Under the pieces are notes generated by a model, which saw only the letters and a list, made by a program, of their open reading frames with translations, did no database searches and was not told the origin of the DNA. A DNA stretch of 50,500 nucleotides from a bacterium (GTDB lineage: Bacteria > Eisenbacteria > RBG-16-71-46). This document shows, one piece after another, positions 8,233 to 19,299 of the stretch. Position numbers and translations under genes: made by a program. The DNA lies in NCBI GenBank assembly GCA_043779265.1, contig JAYWEM010000002.1, positions 1-50,500 on the forward strand. Reading direction: 5' to 3'. Numbering within the stretch: position 1 is the first letter of the stretch; each line of letters begins with the position of its first letter.

Positions 8233-8586
8233 ATGCTCGAGTACCTGCCAGTCCTGCTGTTCGTCATCGTTGCGATCGGCTTCGGAGCCGTGACGATCGG
8301 CCTCTCGCATATCATCGTGCCGAGACGATCCACGCGCGTGAAGGACATGCCGTACGAGTGCGGCGTCGAGCCGGTGGGCGATGCGCGCGGACGCTTCTCG
8401 ATCAAGTTCTATCTGGTCGCGCTGCTGTTCATCCTCTTCGACATCGAAGCCATCTTCCTCTATCCGTGGGCCGTGAGCTTCAAGCAGCTGGGCCTCTACG
8501 GGCTGATCGAGATGCTGATCTTCATCGTCATCCTGCTCGTGGGCTACCTCTATCTGCTCAAGAAGCGGGCGCTGCAATGGGACTGA
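8233..8586 (+). CDS. nuoA: NADH-quinone oxidoreductase subunit A
   Basis: PYECG, FYLVALLFILFDIE, C-terminal LQWD. Confidence 0.97.
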   Translation: MLEYLPVLLFVIVAIGFGAVTIGLSHIIVPRRSTRVKDMPYECGVEPVGDARGRFSIKFYLVALLFILFDIEAIFLYPWAVSFKQLGLYGLIEMLIFIVILLVGYLYLLKKRALQWD

Positions 8587-8637
8587 GCCCGGTGAGCCTT
8601 CCCGCTCTCGGCCATCGCGCGCCAAGGGAGGCCTGAC

Positions 8638-9252
8638 GTGACGTACGACAAGGATCCGAATCCCTTCCGTACTCTGAGCCCCGCCGCTGCCACTCCGGAG
8701 CCGTCGCGTGACCTCGTCATGCCGATGACCGAGGAGGAGCGCATGCGCGAGGAGCTCGAGCAGGGCATCCTCTTCACCACGGTCGAGAGCGTCGTGAATT
8801 GGGCGCGTTCCAATGCCATCTGGCCGCTCGGCTTCGGGCTCGCCTGCTGCGCCATGGAGATGATGGCGATCGCCGGACCGCGATTCGATGTCGCTCGCTT
8901 CGGCGCCGAGGTGTTCCGCGGATCGCCGCGCCAGGCGGATCTCATGATCGTCGCCGGCCGCGTCTCCATCAAGATGGCGCCGGTGGTGCGACACCTCTAC
9001 GAGCAGATGTCCGATCCCAAGTGGGTGATCGCGATGGGCGCGTGCAGCTCATGCGGTGGCGTGTTCAACAACTACGCGATCCTGCAGGGCGTGGACAAGG
9101 TCATCCCCGTCGATGTCTACGTGCCCGGATGCCCGCCGCGGCCTGAGGCGCTCCTGCACGGGATCATGAAGCTCCAGGAGAAGATCCAGACCTCGCGCGT
9201 CGAGATCGGGCCGGTGCCGCGCCGCAAGCGCTCCACCAAGGGAGTCGCCTGA
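8638..9252 (+). CDS. nuoB: NADH-quinone oxidoreductase subunit B
   Basis: [27 protein letters not shown] (N2 cluster ligands); GGAGG before GTG. Confidence 0.97.
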   Translation: MTYDKDPNPFRTLSPAAATPEPSRDLVMPMTEEERMREELEQGILFTTVESVVNWARSNAIWPLGFGLACCAMEMMAIAGPRFDVARFGAEVFRGSPRQADLMIVAGRVSIKMAPVVRHLYEQMSDPKWVIAMGACSSCGGVFNNYAILQGVDKVIPVDVYVPGCPPRPEALLHGIMKLQEKIQTSRVEIGPVPRRKRSTKGVA

Positions 9253-9815
9253 TGCCGCTCACGCCCGAGCGCGTCGAGCAGAAGCTCCGCGAGCGGTTCC
9301 CGACGGTCGCGTTCGAGCGACTGACCGGCGATGCACTGCGTGACTTCACGCTGGCGCTGCCCGCCGCGTCGGTGGTCGAGGTGTGCGCGTTCCTGCGAGA
9401 CGACTCCGAACTCGATTTCTCGATGCTGATGTGGATCGGGGGCGTGGATCGCCTTCCCGAGGTGCCGCGCTTCGAGATCGTCTACAGCTTGCTGTCGATG
9501 TCCCAGAACACGCGATTCACGCTCAAGGTCCGGGTGTCCGAGGAGCAGCCGCGGGTCCCGACCGTGGTCGGCGTGTGGCCGACGGCCAACTGGCACGAGC
9601 GCGAGGCCTACGACTTCTACGGCGTCGAGTTCACCGGGCACCCCGATCTCACCCGCATCCTGCTGCCCGAGGACTGGGTTGGCTGGCCGCTTCGCAAGGA
9701 CTCGCCGCTCGGCTACGAGGAAGTGGCGTTCACGCACAACACGCCGAATCGCATCCTGCCCTCACCCGAGCTCAAGCGGCTCGCGCCCAAGAAGGTTCGC
9801 TACCGTGCGCAGTGA
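9252..9815 (+). CDS. nuoC: NADH-quinone oxidoreductase subunit C
   Basis: ANWHEREAYDFYG, GHPDLTRILL, PLRKD. Confidence 0.96.
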   Translation: MPLTPERVEQKLRERFPTVAFERLTGDALRDFTLALPAASVVEVCAFLRDDSELDFSMLMWIGGVDRLPEVPRFEIVYSLLSMSQNTRFTLKVRVSEEQPRVPTVVGVWPTANWHEREAYDFYGVEFTGHPDLTRILLPEDWVGWPLRKDSPLGYEEVAFTHNTPNRILPSPELKRLAPKKVRYRAQ

Positions 9816-10989
9816 GACCATGACGCTGAACATGGGGCCCCAGCACCCCTCGACGCACGGCGTGCTGCGCGTGGCGCTCGAGCTCGATGGCGAGACCGTG
9901 CTGCGCGCCAAGCCGATCATCGGCTACCTGCACACGGGTATGGAGAAGCAAGCCGAGTACAAGACCTACACGCAGTCCATCCCGCAGACCGACCGGATGG
10001 ACTACCTCGCGCCGCTCTCGAACAACCTCGCGTTCTGCCTCGGGTGCGAGAAACTGCTGGGAATCGAGCCGCCGGCGCGCGTCCAGGCGATCCGCGTTCT
10101 GCTGACCGAGCTCACGCGCATCAGCGCGCATTGCGTCTGGATGGGCACGCACGCCATCGACATCGGCGCGATCACGGTGTTCTGGTACTGCTTCCGCGAG
10201 CGCGAGAAGGTGCTGTCGATCTACGACATGGTCGCCGGCGCGCGTCTGACGTCGTCGTACTTCCGTGTCGGCGGCCTCTCGATGGACATTCCGGCCGGCC
10301 TCCTCGACCGTTGCCAGAAGTTCATCGACGAGATGCCCGCGCACATCGACGAGTACGAGAAGCTGCTGACGCGCAATCCGATCTGGATGGCACGCACGCA
10401 GGGCGTCGCGCCTCTGTCGGCCAAGGACGCGATCGCCTGGGGTGTCACAGGGCCTTCGCTGCGCGGCTCGGGCGTGGACTGGGACCTTCGGCGCGATCAG
10501 CCCTACAGCGGATACGAGCACTATGACTTCAAGGTCCCGCTCGGAGTCTCGGGTGGTGACGCCTACGATCGCTATCTGGTGCGCGTCGCCGAGATGCGCG
10601 AGTCGATCAAGATCGCCCACCAGGCGGTGGCGCGGATCCGCGAGATGGGCGAGTCCGGCCCCTACCGCGTCAGGGACTTCAAATACGTGCTGCCCCCGCG
10701 GGAGGAAGTGAAGACCTCGATGGAGGCGCTCATCCATCACTTCAAGATCGTGGCGCACGGATTCTTCCCGCCGGTGGGGGAGGCGTACGCGGCGGTCGAG
10801 GCACCCAAGGGTGAACTCGGCTTCTACTTCATCTCCGATGGCTCGGCGCGGCCGTGGCGCATGAAGGTGCGCTCGCCTTCATTCATCAACCTTCAGGCGC
10901 TTCCGTTGATGGTGGAGGGCCGCCTGCTCGCCGATGTGATCGCCGCCATCGGCAGCCTCGACATCGTGCTCGGGGAGATCGACCGATGA
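9805..10989 (+). CDS. nuoD: NADH-quinone oxidoreductase subunit D
   Basis: NMGPQHPSTHGVLR, GYLHTGMEK, EAPKGELG, DIVLGEIDR; start GTG 9805 or ATG 9820. Confidence 0.97.
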   Translation: MRSETMTLNMGPQHPSTHGVLRVALELDGETVLRAKPIIGYLHTGMEKQAEYKTYTQSIPQTDRMDYLAPLSNNLAFCLGCEKLLGIEPPARVQAIRVLLTELTRISAHCVWMGTHAIDIGAITVFWYCFREREKVLSIYDMVAGARLTSSYFRVGGLSMDIPAGLLDRCQKFIDEMPAHIDEYEKLLTRNPIWMARTQGVAPLSAKDAIAWGVTGPSLRGSGVDWDLRRDQPYSGYEHYDFKVPLGVSGGDAYDRYLVRVAEMRESIKIAHQAVARIREMGESGPYRVRDFKYVLPPREEVKTSMEALIHHFKIVAHGFFPPVGEAYAAVEAPKGELGFYFISDGSARPWRMKVRSPSFINLQALPLMVEGRLLADVIAAIGSLDIVLGEIDR

Positions 10990-11491
10990 GTCACGCTCCC
11001 GTGATGCCGACGGAAGCGACGCCGCCGCTCGAGTGGCCGGCTGCGCTGGTGCCCGAAGTCGAAGCCACGATCGCGCGCTATCCCGTGATGCGTTCGGCCG
11101 TTCTCCCGGTGCTGTGGCTGGCGCAACGGCAGTGGGGCTGGCTCTCGCCCTCGGCGCTGCGGCTGGTGGCCTCCACCGTGCAACTTCCGGAACCCGAGGT
11201 TTTCGGGATCGCCACGTTCTACACGATGTTCAACATGAAGCCGGTCGGTCGCCACCACCTCCAGGTCTGCATGACCCTGTCGTGTTCGCTGATGGGCGCG
11301 GATCGGTTGTTCAAGCATCTCGAGCGCAAGCTCGGGATCGGACATGGTGAGACGACTCCCGACGGCCGCTTCACGCTGCGCAAGGTCGAGTGCCTCGCGG
11401 CGTGCGGCTATGCGCCCTGCCTGCAGGTCGGCTTCGACTACCACGAGAACCTGGATGAGACGAAGGTGGACGCGCTGCTGGAGAAGCTGAC

Positions 11492-11495
<4 letters not shown>
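10986..11495 (+). CDS. nuoE: NADH-quinone oxidoreductase subunit E
   Basis: ATFYTMF, CMTLSC and CLAAC 2Fe-2S ligands; ATGA overlap with nuoD. Confidence 0.96.
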
Positions 11496-12786
<1,291 letters not shown>

Positions 12787-12790
<4 letters not shown>

Positions 12791-15465
12791 GCCAGCAGGT
12801 TCGAGTCAACATCAACGGACAGTGGATCGAGGTTCCCGCGGGCACTCTGCTCACCGACGCGGCGCGCGTGGCCGAGACTCACGTCCCGGTCTTCTGCGCG
12901 CAGTCGAAGCTGCCGCCGCTCGGCGCGTGCCGCATCTGTGTCGTCGAGGTCGGAGCCCCCAAGCTGGACGCGGAGCGCAAGCCCGTACTCGCCGCGGACG
13001 GCAATCCCGAGATCGCGTGGAATCCCAAGGTCCAGACGGGCTGCACGACGCCGGTCGCCGAGGGCATGCATGTGCGCACGGAGTCGGCTGTCGCGGTCAA
13101 GGCGCGTAAGGGCGTGATGGAGTTCCTGCTGGTCAATCATCCGCTCGACTGCCCGGTATGTGACGAGGGTGGCGAGTGCCAGTTGCAGGATCTCGCCTTC
13201 GCGTTCGGCCACGATCATTCGCGCATGGCCGATCGCAAGCGCACGTTCGACTCCGAGGATCTCGGCCCCATCGTCAAGAAGGAAGCCAATCGCTGCATCG
13301 TCTGCATGCGCTGTGTGCGCTACTGCGACGAAGTGATGGGGGAGGATGCGCTCACCGCCCACCAGCGTGGCGTGCGAACCGAGATCTCGTCATTCGATCG
13401 TCAGCCGCTCGCCTGTGAGCAGTGCGGCAACTGCATCGAGGTCTGCCCGGTCGGCGCGTTGACCGCCCTTCCGTACCGATTCAAGGCGCGCCCCTGGGAC
13501 CTTCGCCAGCACATCAGCATCTGCCCGTACTGCTCGAACGGCTGTTCCGTCAGGCTCGGAGTGCGCGGCATGGAGATCCTGCGCGCGCGTGGGACCGAGT
13601 ATCGCGGCGTGAACCAGGAATTCCTCTGCGTTCGCGGGCGGTTCGGGTACGACTACGTGAACTCGGCTGATCGCCTGACCGCGCCGTTGCTTCGCGTGGG
13701 CGGACAGCTGCAGCCCTCGACGCACGATGAGGCGGTGGCTTACTCGGCGGCGCGTCTGCGGGACATCGCCGCGACGCACGGTCCCGAGGCGATCGCCTTC
13801 CTCGGCGGTGAGAAGCTGAACGTCGAAGAGCAGTACCTCTTCCAGAAGCTCGCGCGCGGCGTGCTCGGCACCGATCACATCGATGCGCGCACGCGCCTCG
13901 TCGCGGACGTGCCCGGCGATGCGGTTCTGCGCGCGACCGGCGGGGGACGCCCGGCGCTGACCTTCGAGCAACTGCTCTCGGCCGAAGAGGTGCTCGTGCT
14001 GTTCGACGACCTCCAGGGCGAGTCGCCGTTCGCGCAGGTCAACCTCATCCGTGGTCAGCATCAGCGGGGCCTGCACGTGACCGTGGCGCATGCGCGCCGG
14101 GTCAAGCTGGCTCGTCCCAAGTTCAAGGGTGACTGGCTCGGCCTCAAGCCCGGCAGCGAGTTGGCGCTGATGCACGCGCTCTCACGTGCGGCGCTCGAAC
14201 TGCCGCGACCCGAGGGCCTGCCGGCTTCGGTGGCGGCTGCGCTCGATGCGGCGAACGGCGGGCTCGCCGGGTGGAGCGCCGAGAAGGTGGAGGCCGAGAC
14301 GGGGCTGCCGATGGAGACGATCGCCGCGGCTGCGAAGCGGTTGCATGGCGCGAGTCGCAAGGCGCTCGTGTTCGGCCGAGCCGTGCTCGAGCATCCTCAG
14401 GCGGCCGCGCTCCTCTCGGCGATCGAGACGCTCGCCTGGGCGACCGGCGCGATCACGTCGAGCCGGTCCTCGGTGATGGCGCACGGAGCCCATCACGGCT
14501 CGCAGGGCGCATTGGACATGGGACTGACTCCGGGTTTCCTGCCCGGGTACGTGCCGCTGGGTGATTCCGCGGCTCGTGCCAAGGTCGAGCAGCAGTGGGT
14601 TGCCACACTGCCGGCCAAGCCGGGCATGAGCGCTCGCCAGATCCTCGAGGCGGCTGCCTCGGGCAAAGTGCGCGCGCTTTGGATCGCGAGCGACCACTGG
14701 CTGCGTTCGGCGCCGGATCGCGCTCTGGTCGAGAAGGCCATGGCGACGGCCGAACTCGTCATCGTCAATGAGCTGTTCCTGACCGAGACGGCGCAGCGTG
14801 CGCATGTGGTGTTCCCGGTCGCCGCCTTCGCCGAGAAGGAGGGCGTCGTCACCAACTGCGAGCGCCGCATCCAGAAGGCGCACCGCGCGCTCTCGCCTCG
14901 GCGTGGCACGCGAGCCGACTGGGAGGTTTTCCAGTCGGTGGCGCAGGCACTCGGCGCCGACTGGCGATACCGTACGGCCGAGGATGTCTTCCGTGAGATC
15001 GCGCGCCTCGTCCCGGGCTATGCTGGACTGAGTGTCGCGTTGCTCATGCCGGGCGGTGTGTGCTGGGCCGAGGAGCGAGTCGCGCCCCAGCCGGCGATCG
15101 CCGGCTCCGCGGCGGCTCCTGCGGGAGAGGGTCTGTGGCTGCTCTCGGGCGCCACGCTCTTCGCCCAGGGCAGTCTGACGCAGCGCTCGAAGACGCTCAG
15201 CGCGTTGGCGAAGGAGGCTCGCGCGTTCATCGGCCTTGCCGAGGCGTCGCGTCTCGGTCTCTCGGCCGGCGACTCGATCGCCCTCGAGGGACCGGGTGGT
15301 TCGCTCTCGCTTCCGGTGGAACTCGAGGACTCCGTGCCTCCGGGTGCTGTATTCGTTCCCTACGCGCTCGGCGCGGCGGGGCTCAATCGACTGGGAATGC
15401 CGAGCGGGTCGGGGCTGCGCGTGAAGGTGCGCAAGGCCACCGCCGCAACGGCTGTACAGGCATAG
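12787..15465 (+). CDS. nuoG: NADH-quinone oxidoreductase subunit G (892 aa)
   Basis: ATG 12787; GACRIC, HPLDCPVCDEGGEC, CIVCMRCVRYC, CEQCGNCIEVCP, CPYCSNGC; molybdopterin-oxidoreductase-like C-terminal region. Confidence 0.95.
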
Positions 15466-15481
15466 GAGACGAGGAGCCAGG

Positions 15482-16525
15482 ATGGCCGCCCTCTGGCAGA
15501 ACGAGACATTCCAGGTCGCCTTCTGGGCGCTGGTCAAGGTGGTCATCATCCTGCAGGTCCTGCTCGGGGTGGTGTCCTACTTGATCTTCGCCGAGCGCAA
15601 GGTGATGGGGCATATCCAGGCTCGCACGGGTCCCAACCGTGTCGGGCCGTTCGGCTTGCTTCAGCCGATCGCCGACGTCGTGAAGCTCCTCTTCAAGGAG
15701 GAGTTCATCCCGGCGCAGGCCAACAAGGTCGTCTTCCACATCGCGCCGATCCTGGCCGTGTTCCCCGCGATCGTGACGTTCGCCGTGATCCCGTTCGGAC
15801 CCGCTCCGATGTTCCTGGTCACCGACATCAATGTCGGCCTGCTGTTGTTCCTGGCCATGTCGTCGCTGGGCGTCTATGCGCTCACGCTGGGAGGGTGGTC
15901 GAGCAACAACAAGTACGCCCTGCTCGGCGGCCTCCGCAGCTCGGCGCAGATGATCTCGTACGAGCTGGCGATGGGACTCTCCACGATCCCGGTAATCCTC
16001 GAGGCGTCCACCCTCTCGCTCAACGGGATCGTGGGCGCGCAGATGCAGCCGCTCGATTTCTACGGGTTCTCGCTCGCCTTCCTGCCCAACTGGTTCCTGC
16101 TCAAGCCGCATCTCTTCCTGCCGTTCGTCATCTTCACGATCACGATGTTCGCGGAGACGAACCGCACGCCATTCGATCTTCCCGAGGCCGAGGGTGAGCT
16201 GGTGGCCGGTTTCCACACCGAGTACTCGAGCATGAAGTGGGCGCTCTTCTTCCTCGGCGAGTACATGAACATCCTGGCCATCTGCAGTATCTGCATCACG
16301 CTCTTCATGGGCGGATGGGATGGCCCCGGCCCCGACGCGATCGGGCTGCTCTGGTTCCTGCTGAAGCTGGCGGCGTTCATCTTCCTGTTCATCTGGGTGC
16401 GCTGGACGTTCCCCCGCTTCCGCTATGACCAGCTCATGGACTTCGGATGGAAGGTGCTGTTGCCCGCATCCATCGCGAATGTCGTGATCGCCGCCCTCGT
16501 CGTCTATTGGAGGACGCACGGCTGA
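15482..16525 (+). CDS. nuoH: NADH-quinone oxidoreductase subunit H
   Basis: RTGPNRVGPFGLLQPIAD, AQMISYE, PFDLPEAEGELVAG, PRFRYDQLM. Confidence 0.98.
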   Translation: MAALWQNETFQVAFWALVKVVIILQVLLGVVSYLIFAERKVMGHIQARTGPNRVGPFGLLQPIADVVKLLFKEEFIPAQANKVVFHIAPILAVFPAIVTFAVIPFGPAPMFLVTDINVGLLLFLAMSSLGVYALTLGGWSSNNKYALLGGLRSSAQMISYELAMGLSTIPVILEASTLSLNGIVGAQMQPLDFYGFSLAFLPNWFLLKPHLFLPFVIFTITMFAETNRTPFDLPEAEGELVAGFHTEYSSMKWALFFLGEYMNILAICSICITLFMGGWDGPGPDAIGLLWFLLKLAAFIFLFIWVRWTFPRFRYDQLMDFGWKVLLPASIANVVIAALVVYWRTHG

Positions 16526-17058
16526 TGGTCCCCTATCTCTTCCTCGGTTTCGCAGGCCTGCTCGTGGCCACCGCCCTGATGGTGGTGCTCCACCGCAATC
16601 CGATCACGAGCGCGCTCTTCCTTGTGCTGGCATTCGTCTCGCTCGCCGGGATCTACGTGCTGCTGCACGCCGAGTTCCTCGGCATGGTCCAGATCCTCGT
16701 GTACGCAGGCGCGATCATGGTCCTGTTCCTCTTCGTGATCATGTACCTCAATCTCCAGCACGACGTGGAGCGAGGGGTCCAGATCGCCGTTCGCCGCGGC
16801 ATCGGGTGGGCGCTGGGCGCCCTGTTGCTGCTCTCCGGCGGCGCGCTGCTCTCTCGTGGATGGTCGCTCGGACCGGTGAAGGCCGATTCCGGGTTGGAGG
16901 GCATCGGGAACGCAGCCGCAATCGGCCAGACGCTCTACTCGCGCTATCTCTTCCCGTTCGAGGTCACCTCGATCCTGCTGCTTGTGGCCATGGTCGGGGC
17001 GATCATCATCGCCAAGGGTCAGCCGGCGCAGCCGGATGACGGAACGGAGGGCGAATGA
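16525..17058 (+). CDS. nuoJ: NADH-quinone oxidoreductase subunit J
   Basis: [39 protein letters not shown] overlap with nuoH. Confidence 0.96.
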   Translation: MVPYLFLGFAGLLVATALMVVLHRNPITSALFLVLAFVSLAGIYVLLHAEFLGMVQILVYAGAIMVLFLFVIMYLNLQHDVERGVQIAVRRGIGWALGALLLLSGGALLSRGWSLGPVKADSGLEGIGNAAAIGQTLYSRYLFPFEVTSILLLVAMVGAIIIAKGQPAQPDDGTEGE

Positions 17059-17357
17059 TCCCGTTGTCGTGGTTGATCGCGCTCTCGGCGATCGTGTTCG
17101 TGATCGGCGTGGTCGGTGTGCTGGTGCGACGCAATGCGCTCGTCATCTTCATGTCGATCGAGCTCATGCTCAATGCCGCGAACCTCGCGTTCGTGGCCTT
17201 CGCACGGCACCAGAACTCGATCGACGGTCAGATCTTCGTTTTCTTCGTGATGACGGTGGCAGCGGCCGAAGTGGCGATCGGCCTCGCGATCATCGTCAAC
17301 CTGTTCCGACTCCGCGAGACGATCTTCGTGGACGAGATCAACCTGTTGAAGGGCTGA
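17055..17357 (+). CDS. nuoK: NADH-quinone oxidoreductase subunit K
   Basis: [20 protein letters not shown]. Confidence 0.97.
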   Translation: MIPLSWLIALSAIVFVIGVVGVLVRRNALVIFMSIELMLNAANLAFVAFARHQNSIDGQIFVFFVMTVAAAEVAIGLAIIVNLFRLRETIFVDEINLLKG

Positions 17358-17361
17358 CCGC

Positions 17362-19296
17362 GTGAACCTGCCCCTGCTCTGGATCATCCCGGCTCTGCCG
17401 CTCGTCGCTGTCGCGCTGAATCTCCTCATCGGGGATCGGCTCGGCAAGCGCGGCACGAACGTGCTCGCCTGCGGCGCTGTGATCCTCTCCTTCGTGGCCT
17501 CGCTGCGCGCCGTGCTGCAGTTGGCGGGTATGCCCGCGCACGACCGCGAGATCATCGAGCATGCCTGGACCTGGATGCGGGTCGGTGACTTCGCCGCCGA
17601 GGTCTCGTTCCTGCTCGACCCGCTGTCCGCCGTGATGGTGCTCGTCGTCACCGGCGTGGGCTCGCTCATCCACATCTACTCGACCGGCTACATGAGCGAG
17701 GATCCGTCGTATCGGCGGTTCTTCCTGTACCTGAACCTGTTCATGTTCTCGATGCTCACGCTCGTGCTGGCCGACAACTTCCTCCTGATGTTCGTCGGGT
17801 GGGAGGGGGTCGGTCTCTGCTCCTACCTGCTGATCGGGTTCTGGCACGAGAAGCAGAGCGCGACCGACGCCGGCAAGAAGGCGTTCATCGTCAACCGTAT
17901 CGGTGACTTCGGTTTCATCCTCGGGCTGATGCTCTTGATCGCCCACACGGGTTCCGTCTCGTACGATCGCGTGTTCGCCGCTGCGCCCGCGGTCTTCGCA
18001 TTGGGCGGTGTCGCGATCACGGTCGCGACGCTCCTCATGTTCCTCGGCGCCACCGGCAAGAGCGCCCAGATCCCGCTCTATGTCTGGCTGCCGGACGCCA
18101 TGGAGGGCCCGACCCCTGTGTCGGCGCTCATCCACGCAGCGACCATGGTGACCGCTGGCGTCTACATGATCGTCCGCAGCCACGTCCTCTTCGAGATGGC
18201 CCCGGCCACGATGGAGGTGATCGCGATCATCGGTGCCGCCACGGCACTGCTCGCGGCCACCATCGGCCTGGCTCAGAACGACATCAAGCGCGTGCTGGCC
18301 TATTCCACGGTGAGTCAGCTCGGGTACATGTTCTTCGCCTGTGGCATCGGGGCGTTCAGTTCCGGCATCTTCCACGTGATGACGCACGCGTTCTTCAAGG
18401 CGCTGCTCTTCCTTGGCGCGGGCTCGGTGATCCATGCGTTGCACCACGAGCAGGACATGCGTCGAATGGGCGGTCTCGCCGGGAAGCTCCCGTGGACGCA
18501 TGGCACGATGCTCATCGCCTGCATCGCCATCGCCGGGATCCCGCCGTTCGCCGGCTTCTTCAGCAAGGATGAGATCCTGCATCACGCTTTCACGAGCGGC
18601 CACTACGGCGTGTGGGCTGCCGGCACCGTGGGCGCGATGCTGACTGCGTTCTACATGTTCCGACTCTATGTCCTCACTTTCCGCGGCCCGTCGCGTCTCT
18701 TGCACGATGCCGAGCACCATCTCCACGAGTCGCCTGCTGTGATGATCGCGCCGCTCGCGATCCTGGCGGTGCTCTCGATCGTGGGCGGTTGGGTGGGGAT
18801 GCCGTTCCAGGAGGGTGGACACGCATTCCAGCGCTGGCTCGATCCCGTGCTGAACTCGGGTGGGCACGGCGCCGCAGCGGGGCATGGCGCCGGCCATCAC
18901 GCGCTGTCGCACACGGCGGAGCTCGGGCTCATGGGGCTCTCGGTGCTCGTTGCGATCATCGGGATCGCGATGGCATTCCGCTTCTACCTGCAGCAGCCGG
19001 GGATGGCCACGTCGCTCCAGCAGCGTTTCTCGGGGGCGCACCGACTGTTCCTCAATAAATGGTGGGTCGATGAGGCGTATGAGGCGGCGATCGTCCAGCC
19101 GCTGCATCGCGCCTCGGTCGCTCTGTGGCGTTTCTGGGACGAGAAGGTCGTCGATGGGACGGTCAATGGAATCGCCTACACGATCGAGGGCGGCGCTGCC
19201 ATCCTCCGACTCTTCCAGACGGGCTTCGTCGGCACCTACGCGCTGTTCCTCACGCTCGGCGTGCTCGCCCTGCTCCTCCATTTCCTGAGGCCCTGA
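17362..19296 (+). CDS. nuoL: NADH-quinone oxidoreductase subunit L
   Basis: GWEGVGLCSYLLIGF, KSAQIPL, WLPDAMEGPTPVSALIHAATMV, THAFFKALLF. Confidence 0.98.
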   Translation: MNLPLLWIIPALPLVAVALNLLIGDRLGKRGTNVLACGAVILSFVASLRAVLQLAGMPAHDREIIEHAWTWMRVGDFAAEVSFLLDPLSAVMVLVVTGVGSLIHIYSTGYMSEDPSYRRFFLYLNLFMFSMLTLVLADNFLLMFVGWEGVGLCSYLLIGFWHEKQSATDAGKKAFIVNRIGDFGFILGLMLLIAHTGSVSYDRVFAAAPAVFALGGVAITVATLLMFLGATGKSAQIPLYVWLPDAMEGPTPVSALIHAATMVTAGVYMIVRSHVLFEMAPATMEVIAIIGAATALLAATIGLAQNDIKRVLAYSTVSQLGYMFFACGIGAFSSGIFHVMTHAFFKALLFLGAGSVIHALHHEQDMRRMGGLAGKLPWTHGTMLIACIAIAGIPPFAGFFSKDEILHHAFTSGHYGVWAAGTVGAMLTAFYMFRLYVLTFRGPSRLLHDAEHHLHESPAVMIAPLAILAVLSIVGGWVGMPFQEGGHAFQRWLDPVLNSGGHGAAAGHGAGHHALSHTAELGLMGLSVLVAIIGIAMAFRFYLQQPGMATSLQQRFSGAHRLFLNKWWVDEAYEAAIVQPLHRASVALWRFWDEKVVDGTVNGIAYTIEGGAAILRLFQTGFVGTYALFLTLGVLALLLHFLRP

Positions 19297-19299
19297 CCG

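Noticed and set aside
18859..18912. His/Gly/Ala-rich loop in NuoL (GGHGAAAGHGAGHH)
   Set aside because: His-rich variable loops at this position are common in bacterial NuoL.
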